Assembly: GCA_976226885.1 (NCBI GenBank)
Contig: OZ320319.1
Location: forward strand, 26,350,001-26,414,000
Source: Iphione sp. A-MEVVRFRX5
Taxonomy: Eukaryota
DNA: 64,000 nt
Direction: 5' to 3'
The stretch's first letter is position 1. Every line of letters begins with the position of its first letter. A program made the position numbers and the translations under genes. Positions 37,372 to 51,632 of this stretch are shown one piece after another. The notes beneath the pieces were generated by a model that worked only from the letters and a program-made list of their open reading frames with translations, had not been told where the DNA came from and did not search any database.

Positions 37372-38400
37372 CTACCGGGGAAGTCTGTGAATGAAAAACA
37401 TGTTAGAATCTCCAGTATTGCAAAAGGTCTCTGTAGAGGAAAGGTATATTCGATATTGTCCTTTGAGCATCATTTCAATGTATAGTAAACGGGCCACGCT
37501 CTCAGGCAGCTGATACGGTGATACGTAAGTCCTCGTTACCTGACGGTGTGATACTTTGTTAAACCTATTTTGGTAGCATACAAAATTTTGGTATTCTCCT
37601 GTTAAGAAGTCTAATAATGAGGACTGATTGCTTTGTTTTAGCAAAGTTCTGATGTTCTCCTGTTAAGAAGTCGGATAAAGAGGACTGACCGTAATTTAAA
37701 TTGTAACTTTCTACGGCGAGGTCTGATTCACCAAAGGCTTCGCCATCAAAAGAACTACACATGGACCTCCTTGGATTGTTATTCCGATCTGCATTCGTTG
37801 TTACAATGTTCAATTTGGCTTGAAACGACTCAGAATACTAATAATCCTCATACATTTACGTTTACTCATTAAAAAGGATTTCTGCTTGATTAGTTCGGTC
37901 TATTAGGAGTAGGAAATATTAATTGTCCATTCAGAAACGATCGTGATAAAGTTACGTTGAATCACATAGACATCTTAAGGAAAAATCTATCAGCTTTGAA
38001 AAAGAGAGAGCTGCTTTTATGCACCGGTTCTGTCTTGCATTCGACCTCGAAATGGGTCACTTCAGAAGAAGTTTCACATAAAACACTCTTCAGTGGAGAT
38101 AATTGTTCAGTGCTGCTTAATTGGTTGACGGTTTCTTTTGTCTCTGTTAAAGTTCTATCGTCTCACTCGATGAAGTGGCAAGATTATTAAAGGGTCAATG
38201 ACGGCCGTGATAGGAGAAAGAAGATTATGTGCCAGCACTAAGCTTTCAATTCCATCTGCTCGCAACATAGTTCCTTTTTTTGCTCAATACTTTTACGTGC
38301 ATCAGCAGTCCTTTCAAACTTTTAAATGTTTGAATAATGGCATCAAACGGTTTCTCTTGCAAATTCAGATTGTGTTGAATTTCCCGATGGAAATATTATT
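37372..38400 (-). pseudogene. Possible decayed coding segment of unknown identity with an internal peptide repeat QSSLxDFLTGExQNF
   Basis: Overlapping minus-strand ORFs 37565..37813 and 37372..37644 carry the two repeat copies 61 nt apart (frameshifted), with several synonymous differences. Further S/T/E-rich and coiled-coil-like stretches interrupted by stops lie upstream. Confidence 0.3.
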
Positions 38401-40061
38401 CTGCAGGAAACTCACTCTAATCAATCGCTCCTTTTTTCATAGTGTGCCAGCACTCTGCCACCTGGTGGTGATGCATCACTCCCTTTGCCTACCGGGTGGG
38501 TGTAAAGCCCTTTTTTTCCTTACTAACGGAATCTCACCGTTCAAGTTAGAACAAATGATGTGCTTTCATTCCTGAGGTGCACTGGGCTCGAAGTGTCCGA
38601 CACAGGCTCTACAGATGTTGTTTGGCTGCCACCCGTACACAAACCGGTCCATCATATACTCAGGGACTACAAAGGCTCTGATTGAAAGACATAAAAAACA
38701 CATACAGAGACATCTTGCACACGTGGATGGGCGCCGTTGCCATCTACCTTGAAATTTCGATATCATCTCGGGTAAGAACTGGGTCGAGCTAAACGGGGAG
38801 TGACAAGGATAGATAATGGAAAGACATAAAACGACGCAAGAAATGGAGGTAAGGAGCCGACTGCCCAACTAACCCCGCTGAGACTAAATACAAACCTTGA
38901 CCCTGGGATGCCTAGTTTAGCGACTAAAAAATAGAAAGGTACAGGATTTGGAGCAGACCGCTTATGAAAATATATAGAGTATGCTCTGGCAAAGAATCGA
39001 AGGAGACAATGAGCTTCTCTGAAAGAACCACTCTGTTGGTCAGAATGCACAGGGGACACGACTGGCGGTAAAATATTACACTGGCTGTATGCTGAATGTT
39101 ACTGTTTAAAGGAGGAGAAAAGAAATATAAGAAAAGAAAGGACGATTAAGATTAACGATGATTAATAGTTATGATTAATGCTGGTGGTGGTGCGGCGTTA
39201 GTGGTGGTGGAGGTTGTGGTGGTTATGATTGATGGTGGCGATCGAAATGGGGAAAGATACGAGACACGATAACCATGATAATCATGTTAAAGTAAGTGGT
39301 GTGAACATAATGAATAGAGAAAAGGATTTTTTTTAAAGCAGCATTGGTAATTTTTTTCCGGACGAAATATTGCAAGATAAAGAAAAGAGAAGCAGTGGAA
39401 TGTAAGGCTCACATTTGTGTGTGGTCTTCCAAGAGACCTGGGAGTATTACTTCTTAATGCCTGCGCTAGCTATGCCTACCCCACCGCAAAGTTATATTCC
39501 TGACCTGCGACCTGCTCGGGTCGCGCCCGTGAAATATGACCTAAAGACGGAGTAGGCGCCTGAAATAGGTGAGGACATGAGAGAGAGGTAATGGCTTCCG
39601 AAAGTGTCATGTGTACATAGCGATATCTGCACATAGGGACATAATTCTTGAGAGAATCATAAAGAGGCCCGAAGAAGGAGTAGATGAGACAGAAAGAAGT
39701 GAGAGGAATGGAGAAAAACTGCTAAAGAAAACGCGAAGGACAAAGAGGGAATTGGGAAAGTATGGTGAAACAGGCCGTAGCCAGACCAGAGGCAGACATA
39801 CTGGACAGAACCACAAGAACCTAAGGACAATGAGGGACAGATAAAGTCATTTCAACTGTTTAGTACATTTTATTTTGTGGATCGGAAAGGAAATGGCCGG
39901 TTGACAGGCAGTGCTAGATCGAAGTCGATCAGGAAAAGAATAATGGAGGAACCTAGAATCGTGGCCGAGAAGACAATGCGGACATAGAAATACAAGAGAT
40001 TAAGAGGTTGAGGCTTTTACCACTATACGCTATGGTTTACGTAACAAGAGACCAACCGACC

Positions 40062-40100
40062 GACAGACAGGCACACAGACAGGCACACAGACAGACACAC
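40062..40100. repeat. Degenerate (ACAG)n/(ACAGACAGGCAC)n microsatellite
   Basis: Repeated acagac units. Confidence 0.8.
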
Positions 40101-43100
40101 AGACAGACAGGTACGACGTGGGTAATAAAATACATATGTAGAAAGCGGACAACGACTCATCCACAGAGCAGCTCAGCTGGCCTGTTGGAAAGTCCATCTC
40201 ACTGTCAATATTAACCACAGCTTGAGCTCCATCTATCTGACCATTAGTGCCTTTAATGATTCGGGCGGTTGACCTCAGGGGCTGCTGGTGCAGACCGCTG
40301 GACCCAAGTACAATCAATGCCCTCACCTGAGGCTAACGTTGGTACAATAACACCAACCAAGGTGGCCACAATCTACCACGCCTTGCCGGTAGGATAAACA
40401 AGCGTCTTTTAGCAAACGCGTTTTATTTTATTATCTTTTACCTCTCCTGGTTCGATTTTTCACTTTCGCAAACCCTTGGGTATCGTTTTTCGGGGTTTTG
40501 CTCATACTTTTTTTAAATCGATCTGGAATATAAGCGGGAGTCTACTTAAGATTGGATAGAGGAGACACCTATAATTCTAAATCGTGATTCTTTTCTCGGT
40601 GAAAAATAACAAGATGACTTTGCTTTGACAGCTACATAAGACCTATAAAAATATCTGTGTTTCTTGTAACCAAACCAACCCAATTTTTTGTCCAAATGGC
40701 ACTTTTTATTTGTACTGTTTTGTGAATATCTTTGGGTCTAAAAGGAGCCACATTCTTATACAGTACACCTTTTCATGCTTCTGTCATCAGTTTATGTGTA
40801 ATATAAGTTACAGATTATTAAGATCCAAGCAGCTAAAGCAGAGGTTGACAACATGGCAGGGCATGTAATTGCTTCTTGTGGTAGCTTCAGCATTGTACCA
40901 TGTTACTAGTGTAAATGGCATTTTATTACATTTTCATATGAGACTTCCATACCTTAAAGAGTCCCCCTTAAACGTACCATCCATCTCGACTTCACTACCA
41001 CACCAGGGCGATTTCTGAAGACTTATCTAAACTCACACACCAAACCCAAACCGTGAAGAGCGGTGACGATGATTATAACCATCATTAAGCAAAATTCCTA
41101 TTTTGAACTGTCGATCTAATCCTCTACTGTGCATGTACAAATTGTGTAGTCCGATAGAACATATTTAGCCTATCCGCTGTGTGAGGGAAAAAACATGGTA
41201 GGTCGAATGCAAAATGAGAAAATCTTTTCTCCACTGGAGAGAATTGGCATATGCAGATGTATGTCTTGGCCTCTGCATTACACCACCATCTCTCAATGAT
41301 AACATAGATACAAGTCTCCCAGTGATGAGGGATAAATACTCTTGGATCTATGGCCCGAACATTCTCTTATTCATACCAGCAAAATAAATGGCAACAAGGA
41401 TCCTCAAAACATTCAAATGTTTTATGGAAGGTCCGAAATATTCAGGTTTCGAGGCCGATGTTCTGGCATCACCGAAACCTTACTATGCTTTGTGTATTCG
41501 TCTGACAGCTCATTGTGGAGTGGAAGTTTATTCGGTCGCACTTGTATATTGAAGAACAACCGATCGCAAGAAAACCGTTCTTGTTGCAAATTTTCTATTT
41601 ATAACTGCACTGTCTCGACGGACCCTCTTCATATGGAAAGAAGGAGACCTTCAGGTGACGAATCATGAACGCACATGTACAGGTTGAGGGGAAGAGCGAA
41701 GGAGATGAGTCAGGAAGGATTTATGTGTCTGTAGGGGATGAGGGACGATGCCGGCGGTAGGCGGGTGATTGCTTTAAACCCTGCAGGAAGCTCACCTTCA
41801 AAGTGTACCTCTGATTATTGGTAAGGAGTGCCCCCGGTCATAGTCGACACCCACCCCCGCGCACCTCTCGGCCCTACTGACAGACACCATCTGACTTCAC
41901 CTGCCCACCACGCCACTAAATCACGCCCGTCCCACATGGCGGCGCTGAGGTCGTAAATCGCCTGCCCCGCTCGCTATCTGCTCTGTCCTGGCTGCGCTTG
42001 TCCTGGGCGTAAAGGGGAGGTAGATTTATAGGCTACGGACGGTTGCAGTGTTGCAGGCAACTCCCCAACAGTCATCGACTCCACCTTCTGTTCGCCGCCG
42101 TCATGTTGCAGAGCAAAACGATACCTGAGACAACTGGTTGACATCTGGAGGAATGATATAATGGGTGTGGGTGATGTTTTGTTCCAGCTCGTCCAAGTTG
42201 ATTAATGTTGTGAGCAAGAACCCACTGTGTTAGCACAAAAAAGCAAATGCTGTTCGGTATTCTGAGTATTAGGCCTGTACCTTGCATTGACTGACTGTGT
42301 AGAAATATTTCAGCCCCATTCTCTTTATGTCTCAACCAAAAAAAAACATCACCCCTTAATCTCCCGTGCTTCTTGAGATGGTGTTATTCTCAAGATCTAC
42401 ACAAAGTAACGTAACGATTTTCACTGGATGGAGGCTTGTCCCCGTACTCAAATATCACGCAGGACGCCGAGCAGTGGAAAATTATAGTGATGAACAGCCA
42501 TGAGCCTTTTGGTCGCCAGGCTAATGTAAACACTTTATCTAAACACCTGTCGACCTGGGAAACCTATGGCAGTCATGCCGCATGTCATAAGATCCTCGAA
42601 ATGGGAGCCACGAGGTGCACCTCATGGGGTGAAAACATGGTGTCAAAGTATCTTAAGCCAAAGTACGGGAGAGCGACTGAAGAGAAGCATCTACAACCAA
42701 GTGCGAACCCGCGGAATTCGCAAAAAAAGCAAGTTGGGTGACATTCGATGACGGAACAAACATATCACGTGTATTTCATGAAAATCGTCCGCTCCTCAAG
42801 TTTGTCATTTTCATCTTTTCATCTACGGATATCCAACTATTGGGGAAAACGAATTCAAAACGACAAGACCTTTCAAGACCAGGCACCAGGTACAATCTCC
42901 TCGGTATTACAGCATATCTACGCATTGGTAAGAAACAACCTCGGCGTGCTGTATGGGTACTTAGGAACTATCATGTTTACCGAGGTGATACCTATAAACC
43001 GTCTCCCCATACATGCGCAACTCATTGCCTGACAGTCAACTTGTCAAGTCGTTTTTCCTTTAGTTCACAGCGTGGTAGTTGAGATTGCACAAGGGCAAAA

Positions 43101-46100
43101 GACCCCTCCTTATCAACGAGTATAACACAACCGTAGTTAGAAACACGCCATGAGGTATGGGGAAACTTCCCACCTTGGCACTAACCTCGCCTGTGGTGCC
43201 GCCTCCCGCAGTGGACACCTGAAGGACGCCCACTGACAGTCAATCAGACTCGCTATTATAAATATGTCAAGTTGGCGTTGAGCACGACGGCTGACGAGAA
43301 GGATGTCGCCATAGGTCAATGGTCACCAGGTATCTCTACATACATGCACATGTATTTGAAAATTCAGCCTGATGCGCAGGTAGAGAAAACGGATGTTATT
43401 TCTTCCCTGGCGCCGCACTGGGTGAAGGCTTACTGTAACATGGAGTGGACATCATATTAACTTAGTTTGCTTGAAAAGCCAGGTGATTTATTTTTCGAAA
43501 TACCCCCTGTGAAGATCTGTAGCATTTACGAGAATAAAAGACGGATAAATTACTAGTCACTTGGCGGCCACAGGTGAAACTTCAGAGGACGATTCTTGCT
43601 TTACAAGCTGTTTGCTGCCTCCAGGCATCGTTCTCTACATGAATCTTCCAGTGCCATATGCCCCATACTTCTCCCCTTCCGCGGCCAAGTTTTCCCCGTT
43701 TGTCTGAGTCACTCTCTTTCAACTTTTGTCCCCTGTCTACCTATCCCTCTTTCATTCTACACTCTCGCCGGATCGTTCCCCCCCCCCGCACCTTTCTCTC
43801 TTTCGCCCCTCTCAGGAACAGTTGCAAACACTTGTCTCTTCTATAGCTGGGCGGTCTAGGCACACAGTACAACTCTGTTAACCGTTGAATGATTCGCCAG
43901 ACGTTGCGAATGAAAGCTGCCGCTCAGGTTTTGCCGCTAACACTCTCAAGGACTATACTGGAGGTCGCCAGATGAAGAGCTACGATGCTTTAGCCCTCCG
44001 CAATTTCACAGATCATGATGGAGTGGCGATGGAAAATGAGTTGCTGCTTGTAAACATTCCTTTGGATATTTTTTTATCTGGTAATGAATTTAAGTACATG
44101 TATACTAGCAAAAAATGTTGATAGTCTACCGTCATAGTCGCAATTTCCTAGGGTCTTTCAGCTATGCTGATGTAAACGTCAGGATATGAGATGAATTCTC
44201 ATGTTTTATGGAATAATCACTGGTTGTTTGATTTGGTGGAGTTGATTATATATACCAACCAAAGCCAGTTTCTCTACGCCTTGATTTGGGGACTGTTTTC
44301 GTTTCAGGCCAAGAGGAGCTCTTTGGGTTATATAGGTTGAATTCTTTTCACTGTCAGGCCAAGTGGAACATCAATCTACATGAATAAATTAATGGGACTG
44401 ACATGCTCGATAGGATTTTATCCAAACCGAATCCATCCCTCTCCAGACAACTACATACATGCCCGTCTGTGCTCTGTTTCACGTGGAAAAACGACCACGA
44501 GTATTGAGTACCCGCAAACAAGACTCCTCCAATATCCCTGAACTAAACAAACAATGGTGATATTTTTGCAGGTCAAAAATGGCAAAGAAGTAGATATTGA
44601 TGTGAATAGATTACATTTGGCTATGTAAAGAGAGTTATATTAGGCCCTGACGCTCGCAGTGTGGAGTATCCTGTAGCCTTTCTTTGAGGATGAAACGAGC
44701 TAATGCCCTGCAGCCATTCTTACGCCATGAAGTGTAGTGTTTCAGATCAAGACTACAGGCTGGACGCTTGCTTTTAGAGATGAATGTGTCTTGTCACAAC
44801 AAATACAATTACAGATTGTCAACGCAAACCTGGAGGGGGTACGTTCCCAAATAATCCTGCGGTACAATAGGCGCACAGGCTCGGACTATATTCCATCTTG
44901 GTAGTAGGCTTATTCATAGGAACAGTTTTCCAACATCAGTCAAATGTCTTTTAGGATATATCATCACACACAACCTCCTTCTCCAACGACTGTATTCACA
45001 AGGATGAGATAATACCAAATCCCTCCAGGTATACTCAGCAAAGTCCATAGGTCAAGTGAATATGTCTCCCGTGCTCAGAGGGAACTGGATACGTTGCTTT
45101 GAACTTATTAGAAGGCAGAAGCACAGACTACACCGAATCAACAATGAGATTACAATGAGAGCATTAGGTACGCGCTGGCAGCAGGGGGAAAATAATATAT
45201 GGTTATCCCGCCCTTTCCATAATTATGTATCTGTCATTCACATATTTACTGAAGGTTTACGTTAACACAGGCACGGTATTCATAACGTTTTTAACACGCC
45301 ATATATACGTATTTAAATGGAGAGAGATAGTTCTTCTCACTGAGACTTTAGGGTTATATCCTATATGTCCTCTATTAAAACTGCATGTTGTTCATAACGT
45401 TTCCTCTACTGAAATATGCATTTCCACTCCCAGAGAGTTGACTGTGAGTCGGTATGGTGCGGGACTAACTGCCTTCGATGCAATCGGTTAAGCAATGTTT
45501 GCCTGCTAGCCAGAGGTAGTTTTAATCTAAACTGTTCGGTGGCTCTTATGGATTGTAATGGACCATACATACATGTGGTTCTGTGACCTGGCTTTCGACT
45601 GCATGTATACTTTAAACCTGCACCGGTAACACTTGGCTTCGAACCAGGCTACCTTGGCACGGGCGACCAAGGAGGGATGTACACCGCACCTCTTTGCTAC
45701 AGCGGATGTAGACTTGAACTGCTGGCATTTGGCCGCACCGTGCCCGAAACATTCATTTACACACTGAAGCAAGTCACGTGCCAGACACGGCGTGAAGCCA
45801 ATGGTCACGTCCAGGAAAAACGCCTAAGTCTGACAGGCCGGACAAGAGCCGATACAACGGAAATAACCCGGAGTGAATGTAAGGCAGTGGTTGTCTCTCC
45901 ATGACTATTGCAAGAACGCCTCGTAAAGTAATTGTCTACTTAAGCTTGAGAGAGTAGATGGGTAGTGAAAAGACAACTACTCTAAAATTATCACAGTCAT
46001 GTCAATCAAAATCAATTGGAGACTCTTACAGGCTGATTGTCCATACATGTTTGAAGTAAGTAAGCATCGAATTTATGGTCACCGACTTAAAGGACAATAA

Positions 46101-48001
46101 ATAGTAACATTTCAGAAGGGCTACCAAAGCTACTCAGTAATGTGTTTTCATTCAGCTTAAAAGTAGTGGCACACAAATCGACAAAGGAGAATTTAGTTTT
46201 TTTGGCTGTCAAAACAGCCGACCGACACCTTGGACTACGCCAACCAGATTGAAGGCAACCCCAATTGATGCAAGAAACTCAACTATTCGACAATGCAGAG
46301 TGATACTGTGTGCTTAAATAGTGATAATTATTCTAGTATTAACGTAATGCATGTAAGCGATGAACACAATAAACACTATTTGACATAAGGATCTTCCATC
46401 TGTCTTACAAAATATACTGAGAAGCAAGGTAACAAAACCCTTGTTCGCAGGAGGATATGGATACGACTGAAATATTTTATCAGGAGTATCACATCAGTGA
46501 TTCTGCACGCAGAAAGATAAATTACCCTTCGTTTTCGCACCACTCTGGAATTTCATTGCCGGCATGTTAAACCTTTGCAGTTCACAAATTCAGCTCACGT
46601 ACCTGGTCCCATTACGACTATTAATTCAGTGGCTGGATTAAACCGACTCTCGTTCATCTCGAAAATATCCCTTACAATTCCTGTGCTGCTGTTGCAGCGG
46701 AACCCAACAGAACGAAGCCAAATCCATCCGCGAGATACTTGAATGTAAAATTGGAGCGAAGATTCAGATTGTGGGTCGTAGGACTCAGACGTATGACAAG
46801 GGCGAATCGGTTAACATGTAAATCTATACAAAAGCTACATCGGTTCACGCACACTGACGAGAAAATTGTGTCCAACGTAATTCACACCAGCTACCTAAGT
46901 ACATCTTCAAAGGAAATAATCGATATAGAGCTGCGAGGAATACACATTAAAAGACAGGACAGGACTTCTTGGGTGCGTGTAAACTGATCTTGATAAAGAG
47001 AGCGAGAAAGGATCACGAACGGAGACACAGCGAGGGAAAAGTTGGTGAGATAGTGTGCGATAGTGAGTGAATGAGATAGAGTGTGTGTGTGGGGGGGGGC
47101 GGTATCAGAGACAGGGCCTGTCGGATGTAGTTGCTAGGTCTTGCAGACTACACCTCCGTTATCTCTACGGCTGGTATAACCAGACCCTCCTCCGGCCTGT
47201 GTAGTAGCTACGGAGCACAGGTGCCGCGTACCCAACGCAATCTATCCCCATGAATCCTTCGTGAGGAGCCGTGTGCTCAACACTGCAGAACAAAACGGCT
47301 GCGTAAAGGAATGGCTTCTGGGATCCGGACCCTGCGTAGGAAGTAATGCAGCCACTGACGGAGGGGAATGTACTGAGTCATCCGACACACTCGCTGTGGA
47401 GAGGACTTTGGTACCTGATCAGCTTATCTAATCCATTCATCGTCCATTCACTGTCACCCGGAGAAGCACTGAAATTGAATAGGAAACCCCACGTCTGATA
47501 ATGTAGCCTTAGTTCACCAATGTTATTAGGTTTGGTGTGCCCATGTCCGGGTCGCATGGACTCCACTTCTGCAGGACCAAGTACATGTATATGCCTATTT
47601 TCTTCAAGACACCTTGCTATCGATTTTGAGATAGGTTCATGAAATACCTCAATCAGACAGGTACTTTGCTTAACTCTTTATTACTTTTATTGACTGTGTC
47701 GGCAAAAAAGTATCCACTTGCATGTGTATATGAATGCCTACGTCCAAATTTTGAAACGTGAAACCGGATACATCTATATATACGGGCCACTCCTAGAATA
47801 ACAGGTAGAGTACCCGGATAGCGCAAGAGCATCCGCCATATCATAAGCCATCGAATAAATCAGAAAGAAGACCAGCTCAGGGAAGTGAATTACATGGGAA
47901 GCTCCCTTGAGTATGTGAGGCAGGGGAGGCTAGGAGGCGGCTGCCAGCAGCTGTATCCCAAGACCCCACGGGGACGCCACCTTCTGAAGCACGGGAATGG
48001 A

Positions 48002-48061
48002 AGCGGAAGTGATGTTTGGCAATGAAGCATGCACACGACGTGTCTCGCGAGACATCTCGTG
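48002..48061. promoter_or_regulatory. Promoter-like cluster: ETS/GABP-like AGCGGAAGTG plus TCTCGCGAGA palindrome
   Basis: AGCGGAAGTG at 48002-48011; perfect 14-bp palindrome TGTCTCGCGAGACA at 48041-48054; TCTCGTGA immediately after. Confidence 0.35.
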
Positions 48062-51000
48062 ATTTCTCGAACAGCAAGGGACCAGTTGGGGTCCCACCCA
48101 CCCATCTACCCGCCTACTCCCCTTCGCCTCCACAAGCTCAGGTTCCATGGGGAATGTATGACGATTACATGTGTAATGGAAGCCAAATAAATTCGTAAAA
48201 GACATCGCTCTCCTAAAACAAAGAACTGGCAAAAAAAGAAGATGAATTGGATTCACGTCGAGATCATGATACCTGAACCTTGGTATTAAACACCAGGTTG
48301 AATTTCTTGCTTTGCCTCTTTAAGACGGATTAATCATGTATCAACTTGAACGTGAAGGGTGATTAGCTCTTAATCCAACTCGCCTCCTTATTAATCCTTC
48401 AACAAAAAGTGACCGCAGACTTTTGACAAATTGGCCGTCCAATGCCACGCGATTACTAACGGTTCTCTGGGGATGTCTCTTTTTGTAGAGGGAACAAACG
48501 GCATTCAACAGAATTCTACAACTGCCGGCAGTGAAGGAGATTAATCATGGCTTCAATGGCTTGGCATTTCAAGATGGATGTGCGTTGAGGCGATTCTGTG
48601 CCAGACCATATGCCTAGAAGCAAAGTGAGTGCACCTGAAATCCTATGTAGTAAACATAATGCAGGGCTATAGGGAAAATAGGGCCGTGAGACAAGGTTCG
48701 TACTCTAGAATAGGGTCTGAATTACATTTCTGCCACCTCTCACACTGATGGAATCCCATTACCTGTAAAGTCCTAAATCACTCTGGACACCTAAATCATT
48801 CTGGAAGTACCGTCATTTTCTTAACGAATGAACACCTAAGAACATTCCAAACATGTTTATTTCACGATGAAAACCAAAGGATAAATTATTGTTTCCACAC
48901 AGGTGTAAGTCTATGTCTCATCCTTACTGCACGAAATTTCAGATACACTATGTACATGTACTTTCCTCCTGAACAAAATGGTGTGCCTCAGGAAAGGCCA
49001 CAATTCACATCCACCTTGAAATGTTTTCTGTCATACCATATGCTTACACAGAATGGGTGCATCTTGATACCATCTGTAACGAGGGAAATAATGGGGGCCT
49101 AAGGAAAGAGCGGTAGGGGCCATATTTCAGACAAGTGATTAATTTTTCATGCAACCGTCCAAATTTTTCACAGTGATGGAAACCTGTTACCAACATAGTG
49201 CCGCCTGCGTTTGCAGTCATTTAAGTTAAGCACTCATTTCATTCATGCTGGTACATACATGGAAATCTGACCAATTTTGGTTTTACATCATAAGTCTCAT
49301 AATACAAAAGGTATTTCAATACAAATTTAATGCAAGAGCAGTTAACCCCGCCCATCAGGCTCAGCCAAAGACCACCTTATGCTCTCCTGTGATGAAGACT
49401 CTGGAAACCGCTATCTGCATCTCTCAAAGTGCTCTCGGAAAAGCACCCATTGATGACGATGGGCGTGTCAGCATATACACTCTTTTAGATAGAACTGAAG
49501 CAGATCAACATTAAAAGAATGTTATAGATTAGTCCTGCCTTTTATCAATTGTTTGCGAGTTGCAAACACCTGCTGAAAGATTATAACAATCGCGTTATCG
49601 AAGCCATGATACACGAAAGCTTTACCAAAACATTATGACATCACAGAGAGTATTGATTGCGCTGGGCTCAGTCTATTACTCCAATAACAAAGGGAATGGT
49701 GTACTATTCATAGAACGACATGAATCAGACAATAGAAGACAGATTGGATGAATAAGTTAATAATAACTATTTGATAACTGTCAGGCCAAATGTGCTGAGC
49801 GACAGGGCATACACGAAAATATTGATCTTCTCAAATTCTTTTTTCCTCCGTTCAATAGTTAATGAAATCGCTAATAATAGATGCCCAAATCGCCAAATGG
49901 CCAAACAGCAGGTTATCTTTGGAATTCTCTAAACTTTGCCTGTTCATTGAAAATACTCTCTCCTGTAATCAATCTGCCTATTCGTGGGCAACGTACGCAC
50001 CGCCCATATCATATTGTGTTCTTTCTTTTTACACCGCTACTGTGACATCTTTTGATGTATTTGAGCCCAAGATATACGAATTATACATCAGCCTCTAGAA
50101 CATCTAATTGCATACAGCAAAAGACAGAAAATTTGCGATTTCTGGTATAAAGCTCCCTGTAAGTCAATATTGTGAGGAGCGTAATTCTGGCACGTGCTTG
50201 AATGTGTGCATCGCGGTGTTTCAGTTCCATTCCTTTCCTCATCTGTGGTCTCTCTATACGTACAACTCTGCGTGCACGCGCCTCATATTTGTGGCTTTAT
50301 TTTACTATCAGTTTAACAAAACAATACTACCTGAAGTGTTCTGTTGGTGGACTGACTCTCGATTGATGCATATTTTTGCCGACTGAAAATAAACCTTTCT
50401 GAATGCGCACTCAGTCACCAATTAAATAAAAAGAAATAGCTGCGCAGGCAGAGGTATTTGAATTGTGTTTCAGGCAAAAACGTTTTTCATTGAAGCCAGA
50501 TAAGGCATCCTCATGATACATTCCTAACCAGTGTTGTCTATTCAAACAGGGTACTAGGGCCGTGGCGCTCCAGACTTCGAGGGAAAGTACAATGGGACTT
50601 GTCCGCCTAACACTGTTGTCTGAAGTTTATTCTTGTTCATTTCTAGGGAAAAAGGGATCATGATATTTGGTTATAAGTAATTTAAATCCGTACAGATAGC
50701 TGAGGTAGCAAGGGGCAGTTTAAATTGAGCTCGATTACCGTGAAGAAGCTCCATCCTATACGCCGGAGAATTACTAAAGCTTTGTCCACGTTCGGTCCCT
50801 ATTAACAGGAAGTACAATACAGATGATGTGAGATTACTGCTGATTTTGTAATTTTCCTGATCATGATAACTTCGTTTATAATGGCATCGGTTCTAGGTCT
50901 TCTTTGGCTGTCATGGTTTTCATCCTTCATAGATGTTTAGTCTTCAGCTGGTAGTACAGTAAAACGATAGTAAATCATCAACCGCCATTCACTGCTGTGA

Positions 51001-51557
51001 CTATTGATAGCCCTAGATAATCTAAATGATGTTTTATTCCCGTTTCAATGTGCTTTATGTCACTGCAGGAGGTTCGTAGTAATTGATTTCAAAGGGAAGG
51101 TCATGTTTTTTGAAACAGCAGTGAGAATTCTCATGGGGAAGAGGATGACATGCTGCTGTCGACGACAAAATCTAGAGACTTTCATTCATAGTTCCTTGTA
51201 AAATATGTATACAAGTGTACATGAATAACTAAAACCATGAGATGACAGTGATATGGCTTCATGACATTTGTCGAACAATCGTGCGTGGAAGTCTCATTTG
51301 CAAACCAGCTTGAAAAAGTCACGCAGTGTCAGCGGTCAGGTAGAAGTCAGAGGTAGGGGTGGGAAAGGGCTACTTTGGACATGTCTTGTGGTGGCTGAGA
51401 TCAGGTGAAAGTGAGGGCTTGGGTTGGAGAGGGACATGTAAAACCAAAGAGAATGTCAGAGGTAATATTCCCTTCACATCCTCTTCCTCTTCACGCCGTG
51501 GTCCTATCTCTATCCTTAACACAATCTCATATATGTGTATGTATATAAACATACATT

Positions 51558-51632
51558 AAAAAATGTGGGTTCGAGTTAAGGTATATATATACGAGTTATA
51601 TATATATACCTTAACTCGAAGCCACATTTTTT
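51558..51632. repeat. Near-perfect inverted repeat, 34-bp arms with a 7-nt loop
   Basis: AAAAAATGTGGGTTCGAGTTAAGGTATATATATA-CGAGTTA-TATATATATACCTTAACTCGAAGCCACATTTTTT; one mismatch. Confidence 0.95.

Noticed and set aside
39397-39423. TGGAATGTAAGG...GTGTGTGG resembling miR-1/miR-206
   Set aside because: Only the first 12 nt match contiguously and there is no complementary arm for a precursor hairpin.
39611-39844. Charged (E/K/R-rich) ORF
   Set aside because: Explained by a purine-rich low-complexity strand bias.
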